DNA of 24,000 nt from an uncultured Hyphomicrobium sp. (GTDB lineage: Bacteria > Pseudomonadota > Alphaproteobacteria > Rhizobiales > Hyphomicrobiaceae): the NCBI GenBank assembly GCA_964620915.1, contig CAZUKP010000045.1, forward strand, positions 237 through 24,236. Direction: 5' to 3'. A program made the position numbers and the translations under genes. The notes under the pieces are model-generated. The model saw only the letters and a program-made list of their open reading frames with translations. It did not search any database and was not told where the DNA came from. Of the stretch, positions 1-9,346 are shown piece after piece; positions within the stretch are counted from its first letter, which is position 1, and every line of letters starts with the position of its first letter.

Positions 1-1181
1 TAGTTTTTGGTACCCACAGTCATGACCTGTGCGGCTTCCAAAAAAGCCCAATCAAGCCAATGTGTCAGAGCGTCTATATCCGCTGCTTCAACTGTGGCGC
101 CGGCCCAGACACGCAACCCTGCAGGCGCGGCGCGGTAAGATTCAATGTCTCGAGCGACGCCCTCCCGGTCGAGTAGACTGGTCATTATTTTTACGAACCG
201 TCGTTGTGATTCAGCTGACATACCAGCAACATCTGGTGCAACGATCTTCAGGCACACCGAGGTATTCGAACGCGTGGCCGAATCCTCTGCGAGGTTGGCG
301 ACCCACGCGGTTCGGTCTATCCACGAAAACAAAATATTTGCATTTCTTGTTGCGCGCGCACGCAGGCCGTCAAGTCCGCCGACGCTCTCTGCCCACCGGA
401 GTGCATCGATATAATCTTCAAGACAAAGCATCGACGGTGTGTTGATCGTCTGGCCACCCAGCAAGGCAGGATCGACTTTGTCGCCTTTCGTCAGACGGAA
501 AAGCTTAGGTACGGGCCAAGCAGGCTTGTAGCGCTCAAGTCGCTTCGAGGCGCGGGGACCTAGAACGAGCATCCCGTGGGCCGCCTCTCCCCCCAGGACT
601 TTTTGCCAAGAGAAGGTAGCGACATCGATTTTTGTCCAATCAATCTCTTGGGCAAATACAGCCGAGGTTGCATCGCATAAAGTGAGACCGTCGCGATCAG
701 TTGAGATCCACTCGGCATTGGGGACGCGAACGCCGGATGTGGTGCCATTCCAAACAAAGACCACGTCCCTGGAAAAATCGACCTTCGCGAGGTCTGGCAA
801 ACGCCCATAGGGCGCATCGAGCGTGCGCACGTCGCTCAGCTTGAGCTGCCGCCTGATGTCCAGCTCCCATTCAGAGCCGAAGCTATCCCAAACAAGAACG
901 TCGACGCCCCGTTCTCCCAGTAGCGACCACATCGCCATTTCAAAAGCGCCAGTGTCAGAGCCTGGCGTGAGGACGATCTGGTGCCCCGCTGGAAGTCTGA
1001 GCATTTCACGCGTCCAATTAAACGCGAGCTTGAGTTGGGACATGCATTCCGGTGAGCGATGAGATCGCCCCAGCCGAGCATCCGCGAGGACATCCGGCGT
1101 CCAGCCGGGGCGCTTGGCGCAAGGTCCTGATGAGAACAAGGGTCTGGCGGGGCGCTGTGTCGGTTTTGGATTGGACGTCAA
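1..1181 (-). CDS. serC: Phosphoserine aminotransferase (SerC); 3' end clipped by the window edge (stop codon incomplete at base 1)
   Basis: Absent from the ORF track because there is no in-window stop. Manual minus-strand translation gives (TTG)TSNPKPTQRPARPLFSSGPCAKRPGW...GSDTGAFEMAMWSLLG...ATFSWQKVLGGEAAHGMLVLGPRA...TINTPSMLCLEDYIDAL...NTSVCLKIV, typical of alphaproteobacterial-type SerC including the SWQK PLP-lysine motif. An in-frame TAG lies two codons upstream of the TTG at 1179-1181. Confidence 0.85.
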   Translation of the reverse strand, partial: MTSNPKPTQRPARPLFSSGPCAKRPGWTPDVLADARLGRSHRSPECMSQLKLAFNWTREMLRLPAGHQIVLTPGSDTGAFEMAMWSLLGERGVDVLVWDSFGSEWELDIRRQLKLSDVRTLDAPYGRLPDLAKVDFSRDVVFVWNGTTSGVRVPNAEWISTDRDGLTLCDATSAVFAQEIDWTKIDVATFSWQKVLGGEAAHGMLVLGPRASKRLERYKPAWPVPKLFRLTKGDKVDPALLGGQTINTPSMLCLEDYIDALRWAESVGGLDGLRARATRNANILFSWIDRTAWVANLAEDSATRSNTSVCLKIVAPDVAGMSAESQRRFVKIMTSLLDREGVARDIESYRAAPAGLRVWAGATVEAADIDALTHWLDWAFLEAAQVMTVGTKN

Positions 1182-1289
1182 CGTCTACAGCCCTTTCTTC
1201 GCTTCGAGCTGCCAAGCAGCATTGGGGATGGGCCAAAGCCCAGTTTGAATTCCTAATCGATAGGTGGGATGTCCCTGGCAGTGCCTGGA

Positions 1290-1322
1290 GCGGGAGATCG
1301 GGGAGGAAGGACGATCTCCCGC
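1290..1322. repeat. Perfect 11-bp inverted repeat (gcgggagatcg / cgatctcccgc) with an 11-nt loop, in the serC / phosphatase divergent intergenic region
   Basis: Read directly: 1290-1300 is the reverse complement of 1312-1322. It lies in a 336-bp divergent promoter region. Function unknown (operator, REP-like element or RNA hairpin). Confidence 0.4.
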
Positions 1323-1517
1323 TCCGTGGCAAGAGCATCCGCAGCAAAAACGCTCAATGCATCAAAATACGCCTGCGCCGGGGCGTCAATTGGACCAAGG
1401 TAGAGGATTACGTAATTGCGAGATCAGCGTAACAAGAAAAGGGGGCGGACAATGACTCGTTCTACTTTGGGCGAGCGCTCAAGCGCGACAACTTCACGCG
1501 CCCGGAAACTCTGAGCT

Positions 1518-2177
1518 ATGACGGACCGGAAACGAGGCTACGACATTGTCTGCTTCGACTGCGACAGCACGTTGAGCCGCATCGAGGGGATCGACGAGCT
1601 GGCAAGACGCGCCGGCGTTGAGGCGGAGGTTGCACCGCTCACCGCGGCCGCCATGGCGGGATCGCTTTCCCTCGATGCTGTTTACGCGCGGCGCCTTTCG
1701 TTGGTTCGTCCCGACTGCGCTGCTATCGAATGGCTTGGCCAGCGCTATGTCGAGGAGATGGTCCCGGGTGCCCGGGAGACGATCGTGGCCCTCACGCACG
1801 CCGGCAAATCTGTGCATATCGTGAGCGGTGGGTTGCGGCCTGGCTTGGAACCGCTCGCCCGGGTCCTAGGTATTCCGAATACTCAGGTCCACGCTGTCGA
1901 GGTCATCTTTGCAGACGACGGGACCTACAGAGACTTTGATCGCGGATCGCCGCTGATTCATGCTGACGGTAAGGCAGTCGTTTGCCGTTCGCTCGCGGCC
2001 TCCCGCCAGTCAATCGCGCTGGTCGGTGATGGCGCTAGTGATCTCGCGGCGCGCAAGGCTGGCATTTTCGTTGTCGGATTCGGCGGGGTCGCGCGTCGTG
2101 AAATAATGGTTGAGGGTGCCGACGTTTTCGTGGCTGGTCCTGAACTGACCGCGGTTCTCGACCCTCTGCTGGGGTAA
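1518..2177 (+). CDS. serB: HAD-IB family phosphoserine phosphatase-like hydrolase
   Basis: 219-aa ORF with HAD motif I FDCDST (DxDxT), motif SGG and motif GDGASD. It is flanked by serC and serA. It is the short single-domain form, without the N-terminal ACT-like domain of classical SerB, so substrate assignment rests on context. Confidence 0.7.
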   Translation: MTDRKRGYDIVCFDCDSTLSRIEGIDELARRAGVEAEVAPLTAAAMAGSLSLDAVYARRLSLVRPDCAAIEWLGQRYVEEMVPGARETIVALTHAGKSVHIVSGGLRPGLEPLARVLGIPNTQVHAVEVIFADDGTYRDFDRGSPLIHADGKAVVCRSLAASRQSIALVGDGASDLAARKAGIFVVGFGGVARREIMVEGADVFVAGPELTAVLDPLLG

Positions 2178-2212
2178 GAAAGCGATCTCAGCCGCGGATT
2201 GCACCGCCCTCG

Positions 2213-2743
2213 CTATGGCACCGGAAGCATCAGGTGCTCGTACGGTGTGCCCCGCCACATGACGAAAGGTTTCGCTGGGTCCGCTTTTGGGTCGTTCGGG
2301 TAGCCTTTCGTCAACCCTGCGACCTCACCTACAACCATCATATGCGGGCCCGTCTGAACCCAATAATTGTCTGCCGTCTTCTCAGTGGCAAAGGGGTCGG
2401 TGTTGCTCGCGCCGGCATCGCCCTTGAGCATATAGATTACACCAACCTTCTTCGGCGGGGCCGACTTAGCCTTCAGTGCACGTACCCACTCCATCGCTGC
2501 CTCGTCAGCACACATCGGTGATGGGCCACCCATGCAAGTCCAGCCATTGCTGCCCTCCTTGACGATCTCCATACCCTTGTCAGGCCCGACCTTCATTATG
2601 GTCGCATCGTCGAGTACGGTGGCGGGAGCAGCACCTTTTATTGCCGCCATGACTTCATCGACGCTCGCGCTCGGTTGCTCCGCTCGTGCTTCTGGCAGGC
2701 CGAGGAAAAGGATAATCAGTGCAAGCAGAAAACCGGTTTTCAT
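2213..2743 (-). CDS. Secreted hypothetical protein (signal peptide, about 176 aa)
   Basis: Internal ATG at 2741-2743 is preceded by GGAGG (complement of 2751-2755) and gives MKTGFLLALIILFLGLPEARA|EQP, a classical signal peptide. The 33-codon upstream extension in the ORF track has no such features. Family not recognised. Confidence 0.7.
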   Translation of the reverse strand: MKTGFLLALIILFLGLPEARAEQPSASVDEVMAAIKGAAPATVLDDATIMKVGPDKGMEIVKEGSNGWTCMGGPSPMCADEAAMEWVRALKAKSAPPKKVGVIYMLKGDAGASNTDPFATEKTADNYWVQTGPHMMVVGEVAGLTKGYPNDPKADPAKPFVMWRGTPYEHLMLPVP

Positions 2744-2962
2744 GCGAACTCCTCCAGAAACATTTTTGCTAGTCCGCGACAAGCGTTGCGAGGGAACATT
2801 ATTGGCCGACCGGTAGTGCCTTTCAACTAGACCTTCGTCCAAGACGAGGCCGTTCAGGCCGAATTCAACGCGCTGCTGCGCCTAAACGCCGGCCACTACT
2901 TCAGCGGCAAAAGAAGATGATTACGCGGAAGCGCCGGGCTTCATTGCTGTTCTAGCGGGGTT

Positions 2963-4555
2963 TCATAGGTCAATCTCGATGGCTTGTTTGATCGATGGCA
3001 ATGCCCGGATTTCCGACAAGGTAGCGGGCAACAAGGGTGCGGAGATGCCCAAGAGACCGATCGCCAGCGAGTTCCCATCGACAACCCCAACCTGCATACG
3101 GCTGATGTTGATGCTCTCCCGGCCTAGAATCCCACCAAGAGCGCCGATAACGCCGGGACGATCCTCGTGGCGGGTGAAAAGCAGTGGGCCTTCCAGAACG
3201 GCTTCAATGTCATAGCCATCGATGCGCACGAGACGAGGATTGGAACCGCCCAAGAGCGCCCCGGCAACGCTGATGCTACTACCTGCCGATGATGCAGTGA
3301 CCTCGACGAGTGAAAGATAGTCGCTCACATCTTCCGATCGAGACTCCCGTATCGACATGCCCTGAAGGCGGGCAAGATGAGCCGCATTGACGCGATTTAC
3401 GGGACAAGTGAAGCGCTTGCTCAGCAGTCCGACCAAGGCCTCGCTGGTGATGGGACGCGGGTCGAGTTCTGCCACCCGGCCAAAAAGGCGCACGACGAGC
3501 TTGTCGATTGGTTCCTCGGCGAGAGCCGCGATGAGTTTGCCAAGAGAATTCGCGAGCTTCTGATAGGGTTGCGAGCGCCGAAACTGCTCGCCCGCGATGC
3601 GTGGGAGATTGACCGCAGACTGCGCCGCACCAGTTTCAAGAAAGTTCGCTATCTCTTCGGCAATTCGTACGCTTACCGCTCGCTGTGCTTCTTCCGTTGA
3701 GGCGCCGAGATGCGGCGTTAGCACCACGTTATCGAGTTTGAGCAGCGCAGAATCCGTTGGAGGCTCATGTCCGTAGACGTCGAGTGCAGCTCCCGCCAGC
3801 CGGCCTTCGCTCAGCGCCCAATAGAGAGCTTCTTCATCGACGAGACCGCCACGCGCGCAGTTGATAAGCCGTGCCGTCGGCTTCATCAGGGAGAGCCGTT
3901 CGCTATTTATGAGAGAGTGCGTTTTTTCCGTCAGAGGGCAGTGCAGCGTCACAAAATCCGCGCGCGCAAGAAGCTCGTTCAGTTCGACCGGTTCCACGTC
4001 GGCTTCTTCCAAAGTTTCCTTTGTCACGAAGGGGTCATAGGCCAAAACATTCATTTTCAAGCCTCGGCACCGCTCCGCCACCAAGCGACCGATTACTCCG
4101 AAACCAATGATGCCAATAACCTTGCCGGCGACCTCAGTGCCGACATATTGGGCAGGGCGCCACTCATTCCGTCGCAGGGATTGATCCGCTCGAGGAAGAT
4201 TTCTGCTCATTGACAGCAGGTGAGCCAAGGTCAATTCGGCGGTGGTCGTGGCATTCGCATCGGGCGTGTTAAACACGACGATGCCTTGCTCCGTCGCGGC
4301 TGCGACGTCGATGTTATCGATCCCAATGCCCGCACGACCGATCGCCTTCAAATTGCGCCCCGCGAAGATGACGTCACGAGTAACGCGTGTTTTTGAGCGT
4401 ACGATAAGGGCCTGATAGTCCGGTATACGATCGATTAGCGCGGCGGCATCGAGGTTCTGTGCAATGTCGATGCGGATCGATTTGTTTGCCGCGAGCAATC
4501 GCCGCCCTTCGTCATGGATGGGATCAGCGATGAGAATCCTATGCGTTGCCCTCAT
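2963..4555 (-). CDS. serA: D-3-phosphoglycerate dehydrogenase, long form with C-terminal ASB/ACT regulatory region
   Basis: From MRATHRILIADPI (ATG at 4553-4555) the product is 530 aa. It has the Rossmann motif GIIGFGVIGRLVA, the 2-hydroxyacid dehydrogenase signatures NCARGGLVDEEAL and LTPHLGAST, and an ACT-like C-terminus. The 70-codon upstream extension in the ORF track is not SerA-like. Confidence 0.9.
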   Translation of the reverse strand: MRATHRILIADPIHDEGRRLLAANKSIRIDIAQNLDAAALIDRIPDYQALIVRSKTRVTRDVIFAGRNLKAIGRAGIGIDNIDVAAATEQGIVVFNTPDANATTTAELTLAHLLSMSRNLPRADQSLRRNEWRPAQYVGTEVAGKVIGIIGFGVIGRLVAERCRGLKMNVLAYDPFVTKETLEEADVEPVELNELLARADFVTLHCPLTEKTHSLINSERLSLMKPTARLINCARGGLVDEEALYWALSEGRLAGAALDVYGHEPPTDSALLKLDNVVLTPHLGASTEEAQRAVSVRIAEEIANFLETGAAQSAVNLPRIAGEQFRRSQPYQKLANSLGKLIAALAEEPIDKLVVRLFGRVAELDPRPITSEALVGLLSKRFTCPVNRVNAAHLARLQGMSIRESRSEDVSDYLSLVEVTASSAGSSISVAGALLGGSNPRLVRIDGYDIEAVLEGPLLFTRHEDRPGVIGALGGILGRESINISRMQVGVVDGNSLAIGLLGISAPLLPATLSEIRALPSIKQAIEIDL

Positions 4556-4857
4556 AGCGTTCTGGTTGCAGCAGGTCTGATGTGTCGGGTGTACAGGTCT
4601 AAGGTGCCGAAGATAGTCGCGGAGCGGGGGAATGAGAAGGTGGTTCGTTCCTCCCTCCCGCTCCGCGACTGTGGCGCCTTTGCTGTCGAGGCAGGGACGA
4701 CAGACAAGGGCCCATTTTGCAGAAGAGCACGCGGGCTCATCTGCAGAACCAAAGGAAAGCTTCAATCACTCAAAAGTCGAAGTTCCATCCTGTGCGCCGA
4801 CGCCGCAGGCATAGTTCGTGTCCCGTTAATGGTTCCAGCTTACAGCCACAGCCACAT

Positions 4858-5247
4858 TCAACTCGGGCCTCCCCTTGGCGGAGGCCCCGAACGATTGAGT
4901 TCCTCGACCTCCTCGTCGGTGAACACACGCGAGCGCGTCAAGAAGCGCACACCTTCTGGCGCTTCCAACGAGAAGCCCGCGCCTCGGCCTGGGACAGCGT
5001 CGATAATCAGCTGGGTGTGCTGCCAGTACTCGAATTGCGGTCCCGACATGAAGAAAGGGCAGCCCTCAATTTCACCAAGATAGACGTCGCCTTGACCGAT
5101 TTTGAAATCGCCAAGAGGATAACACATGGGGGCGCTTCCGTCGCAGCAACCGCCTGACTGATGGAACATGATGTCACCATGCGCCCCGCGCAGCCTTTTG
5201 ATCAATGCTGCGGCTTGCGCCGTGTTGGTAACTCGCTCAACAGCCAT
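4858..5247 (-). CDS. DUF779 family protein (usual partner of exaC/acoD-type aldehyde dehydrogenases)
   Basis: 129-aa ORF with FHQSGGCCDGSAPMCY and the FEYW motif characteristic of DUF779. It lies immediately downstream of the aldehyde dehydrogenase, the usual arrangement. Confidence 0.85.
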   Translation of the reverse strand: MAVERVTNTAQAAALIKRLRGAHGDIMFHQSGGCCDGSAPMCYPLGDFKIGQGDVYLGEIEGCPFFMSGPQFEYWQHTQLIIDAVPGRGAGFSLEAPEGVRFLTRSRVFTDEEVEELNRSGPPPRGGPS

Positions 5248-5265
5248 CGTCAGCTCCGCCGGGAG

Positions 5266-5309
5266 GGCGGGGTAAAAAGATCTAGCGATTGCCGATCTTT
5301 CACCCCGCC
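5266..5309. repeat. Imperfect inverted repeat / hairpin between the aldehyde dehydrogenase stop and the DUF779 start
   Basis: ggcggggt-aaaaagatc (5266-5282) pairs with gatctttc-accccgcc (5294-5309): 8 bp plus 7 bp around a small internal loop, with an 11-nt apical loop. Intercistronic position on the minus-strand transcript. Confidence 0.35.
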
Positions 5310-5319
5310 GGAGTGGCGC

Positions 5320-6465
<1,146 letters not shown>

Positions 6466-6477
<12 letters not shown>

Positions 6478-7044
6478 TTAGCAGTGATCATCACTAGCTA
6501 TGTCGCGCTTTGGTCATACCTCTGGTTCACCCGGGACAGACATCTCGATAGGCTGTCGCCTCGGGAGGAGCTCAAACGCTACTTCAATCTACTGTTCTTC
6601 ATCCTGGTCTATGTCTTCTCGGTCTACTTCGCGGCGAGCTTCTTCGCCGAGCAGGATGCGGCGTGGCATCAGACTGTGGTCCGCGATACGAGCTTCACTC
6701 CAAGCCACATCGTGCTCTTCTATGGAACGATGCCGCTCTACGTGTTGTTCGGCGTTGGCTCCTTCTTGTACGGGATGACGAGAATTCCAGCGTTTGCCAA
6801 GAATATCTCTATTCCTTTCCTGGTCGCCGTCGTTGGCCCTTTCTTGATCCTGCCGAACCTCGGGTACAACGAATGGGCCCATGCGTTCTGGCAGATCGAG
6901 GAGGTCTTCTCGGCGCCTGTACACTGGGGCTTTGTCATAATGGGCTGGAGCGTGCTCGGTCTGGGCGGTCTTTTGGTGCAGATCGTTCAGGGCACACTCA
7001 GTGCGATGAGGCGGGTGGACGGCGAGTCGCACGCACGAGCTTAG
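6466..7044 (+). CDS. amoC: Copper membrane monooxygenase subunit C (AmoC/PmoC family), N-terminally truncated; about 70-80 residues and the first two TM helices are missing
   Basis: Similarity to AmoC/PmoC begins at about [38 protein letters not shown], which corresponds to about residue 75-95 of full-length proteins. It continues through [28 protein letters not shown] and [22 protein letters not shown]. The Asp/His/His metal ligands are conserved (D at 6655-6657, H at 6667-6669, H at 6706-6708). The ORF-track portion 6091-6465 is antisense to the aldehyde dehydrogenase, not AmoC. The first in-frame ATG inside the homologous part is 6466. Confidence 0.75.
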
Positions 7045-7075
7045 AACCAAAAAACTAAAAAATTCTCGTTCAAGA

Positions 7076-7104
7076 CTCCGCCGGACATGGAATGTCCGGC
7101 GGAG
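7076..7104 (+). promoter_or_regulatory. Perfect 13-bp stem, 3-nt loop hairpin in the amoC-amoA intergenic spacer (probable mRNA processing/stability element)
   Basis: ctccgccggacat (7076-7088) is the exact reverse complement of atgtccggcggag (7092-7104). No T-tract follows. The amoA RBS gggaggaagg lies at 7109-7118. Confidence 0.5.
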
Positions 7105-7123
7105 CACCGGGAGGAAGGTAATC

Positions 7124-7948
7124 ATGCAGAAGTTGGCTGACGCTGAGACCGTGCAAATCTATGGGGTAACGTGGTCTAAGTGGGCTGCGAGCCTATCGCG
7201 CCGATTTGATTTTCTTCTGGCGGTCATAGTTGGTCTGGCCATTATGTCCGCCTTCCACTTACATTTTATGCTTCTAGCCGGCGACTGGGATTTCTGGGTT
7301 GACTGGAAGGACCGACAGTGGTGGCCCACACTCACCCCGATTGTCGCCATCACGTTTCCTGCGGCTGTGCAGTATGTATTCTGGGAGAAATTCAGGCTGC
7401 CGATCGGCGCCACCTTTTCGCTCACGCTCTTGGTTCTGGCCGAATGGGCTTCGAGATATGGCGGATTTAATCTCTGGTCCGACTTCCCGGTGAGCTTGAC
7501 CTGGCCGGCCACGATCATTCCGGGGGCGATCGTTCTTGATTGCGTGCTTCTGCTGACCGGAAACTTCCTCCTGACCGCCATCTTTGGCGGCATGGCATTC
7601 GGCCTGATGTTCTATTCAGGCAACTGGCCGATGCTGGCGGCCTACCGGATCCCCATGGAGGTGATGAACACCATGGTTTCGGTGGGAGACTATATCGGTT
7701 ACGCCTTCCCCCGGACAGCCACGCCCGAGTACGTGAGGCTGATCGAACGCGGGACGCTGCGAACCTTTGGCGGACATTCAGCCTCCATCGCGGCATTCTT
7801 CGCCGGCTTTGCCTGCATCCTGATGTACCTGGTCTGGTGGTACATCGGCTGGTTCTTCGCCAGGCTCATCTGGGTACCCAACAAGCTTGCGACGGCGATG
7901 GGGTTCAAAAAGGAACACCACAAGGCAGATGAGGTGCCGGCGGTCTAG
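7124..7948 (+). CDS. amoA: Copper membrane monooxygenase subunit A (AmoA/PmoA family)
   Basis: 274-aa polytopic membrane protein with HLHFMLLAGDWDFWVDWKDRQWWPTLTPIVAITF, FYSGNWP, TPEYVRLIERGTLRTFGGHSASIAAFF and WWYIG, hallmark AmoA/PmoA blocks. Strong RBS upstream. Confidence 0.92.
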   Translation: MQKLADAETVQIYGVTWSKWAASLSRRFDFLLAVIVGLAIMSAFHLHFMLLAGDWDFWVDWKDRQWWPTLTPIVAITFPAAVQYVFWEKFRLPIGATFSLTLLVLAEWASRYGGFNLWSDFPVSLTWPATIIPGAIVLDCVLLLTGNFLLTAIFGGMAFGLMFYSGNWPMLAAYRIPMEVMNTMVSVGDYIGYAFPRTATPEYVRLIERGTLRTFGGHSASIAAFFAGFACILMYLVWWYIGWFFARLIWVPNKLATAMGFKKEHHKADEVPAV

Positions 7949-7957
7949 CGACCAAGG

Positions 7958-9289
7958 GTGGGACACAACGGCGTTAGGGATTGGAACCAGGAAATGGGCA
8001 AGAAAGTCGTTTTCACTATCAGGAAAGTCGGACGGCGAGTGACCCTGTTAGGACTCGCCGGATGGCTCGGGCTTGCGATCACGCTTTGCGGGCTATGCAT
8101 CAGCACGGACGCCTACGCGCATGGTGAGCGCAACCAAGAACCGTTCTTGCGCATGCGAACAGCGCAGTTCTGGGATGTGAAATGGAGTACCGACAAGCTA
8201 GGTGTTAATGACACTCTCACTCTGACTGGGAAGTTCAGGTTGTTCCCTGATTGGCCGAACAACCTTCCTCTGCCTGACTTGGCGTTCCTGGGCAGCGGCA
8301 CGGCCGGTCCGGTTTTGTCGCGGCTCGAGAGCTACATCAATGGTAAGCCGGCGATCCAATCAGGCAAGCTTGAGCTCGGCCGGGATTATGATTTCAAGGT
8401 GGTTTATAAGGGCCGCCAACCCGGCAAGCACCACGTTCACGCGCTGCTGAATGTGGATGGAGCAGGAGCGATCCTTGGCCCAGGAAAATGGGTCGAGGTG
8501 ACGGGAAACCAGGCAGACTTCGTACTTCCTGCGACCACGCTGGACGGCACCCAGATCGCGGATCTGAGTACGTGGGGACTCGGAACCGTCCTCGGATGGC
8601 ACGCGATCTGGATCGTAATCGGGCTTGCGTACATGCTCTGGTACATTTCCAAGCCTATGCTCATACCTCGTTACCTCGTGATTGAGGAGGGCGACCCGGA
8701 TACGCTCATCACGCGTTGGGACCGTATCTGGAGCGCTGGGTTCCTCATTCTTGCAGTTGTCACGGTTATCGTCGGTGTGCAGTGGGCCAATGCGGCCTAT
8801 CCCAGAACCGTCCCTCTGCAGGCAGGCGTCTTCAAAGTCGATCCCTTGCCGGACGAAACAGGTAACATCAAGGTGAATGTGGATCGGGCCGTATACGACG
8901 TTCCCGGACGGTCGATGCGCCTGGATTTAGAAGTGACCAACGATGGGACCGAGCCCCTCCGCCTCGGTGAGTTCACCACTGCGGGGCTTCGTTTCGTAAA
9001 CCAGGCCGTTCCCGAGGCCATCGCCGGCGTTGATGAGGACTATCCGGAGGATCTTGTTGCCCCTGAAGGGCTCAAGGTAGATGACGATAGCCCTATCCAA
9101 CCCGGCGAGACGCGCAAGCTTCACGTCGATGCGACGGACGCAGCGTGGGAGCTCGAACGTCTCACGAGCCTCTTAAATGATCCGGATAACCGGGTCGGTG
9201 GCCTGCTATTCTTCTTCGGTCCAGACGGCGATCGGAAGATAGCGAACGTCTACGGCCCGATCGTGCCGAATTTTACTAAGGCCGAGTAA
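7958..9289 (+). CDS. amoB: Copper membrane monooxygenase subunit B (AmoB/PmoB family)
   Basis: Signal peptide ending DAYA|HGERNQEPFLRMRT, with His at 8120-8122. HxH copper motif GKHHVHALLNV at 8429-8440. Two central TM helices, and a C-terminal cupredoxin-like region YDVPGRSMRLDLEVTNDG, GEFTTAGLRF, GPIVPNFTK. Start is GTG 7958 or ATG 7994 (MGKKVVF); undecided. Confidence 0.92.
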   Translation: MGHNGVRDWNQEMGKKVVFTIRKVGRRVTLLGLAGWLGLAITLCGLCISTDAYAHGERNQEPFLRMRTAQFWDVKWSTDKLGVNDTLTLTGKFRLFPDWPNNLPLPDLAFLGSGTAGPVLSRLESYINGKPAIQSGKLELGRDYDFKVVYKGRQPGKHHVHALLNVDGAGAILGPGKWVEVTGNQADFVLPATTLDGTQIADLSTWGLGTVLGWHAIWIVIGLAYMLWYISKPMLIPRYLVIEEGDPDTLITRWDRIWSAGFLILAVVTVIVGVQWANAAYPRTVPLQAGVFKVDPLPDETGNIKVNVDRAVYDVPGRSMRLDLEVTNDGTEPLRLGEFTTAGLRFVNQAVPEAIAGVDEDYPEDLVAPEGLKVDDDSPIQPGETRKLHVDATDAAWELERLTSLLNDPDNRVGGLLFFFGPDGDRKIANVYGPIVPNFTKAE

Positions 9290-9302
9290 AGCTAGAACAG
9301 AG

Positions 9303-9333
9303 CGGGAGAAGGCTCCTTCCGGGTCTTCTCCCG
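9303..9333 (+). promoter_or_regulatory. Hairpin just downstream of amoB (possible partial terminator/attenuator before the accessory genes)
   Basis: cgggagaag (9303-9311) is the reverse complement of cttctcccg (9325-9333), with a 13-nt loop. It is followed by ttggagttggaag and the ATG at 9347. There is no clear U-tract, so read-through is likely. Confidence 0.3.
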
Positions 9334-9346
9334 TTGGAGTTGGAAG

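Noticed and set aside
1258-1416. A minus-strand open frame reading ...VILYLGPIDAPAQAYFDALSVFAADALATEREIVLPP... in the serC upstream region
   Set aside because: There is no ATG, GTG or TTG start between the flanking stops, it is short, and no family was recognised. It is probably non-coding or at most a gene remnant, so it is not reported as a feature.
2828-2920. A short plus-strand frame ...DEAVQAEFNALLRLNAGHYFSGKRR* between the secreted-protein gene and serA
   Set aside because: No start codon follows the upstream in-frame stop, it is under 30 codons, and there is no recognisable homology. It is treated as intergenic.
4556-4765. The 70-codon N-terminal extension of the serA ORF. Analogous extensions occur for copC (10787-10945), malQ (22348-22590) and the secreted protein (2744-2842).
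   Set aside because: The extensions lack homology to the respective families and overlap neighbouring genes or their stops. Internal starts give canonical N-termini (MRATHRILIAD; MWIVRR with an RBS; MSDTLDRL with ATGA coupling; MKTGFLL with an RBS).
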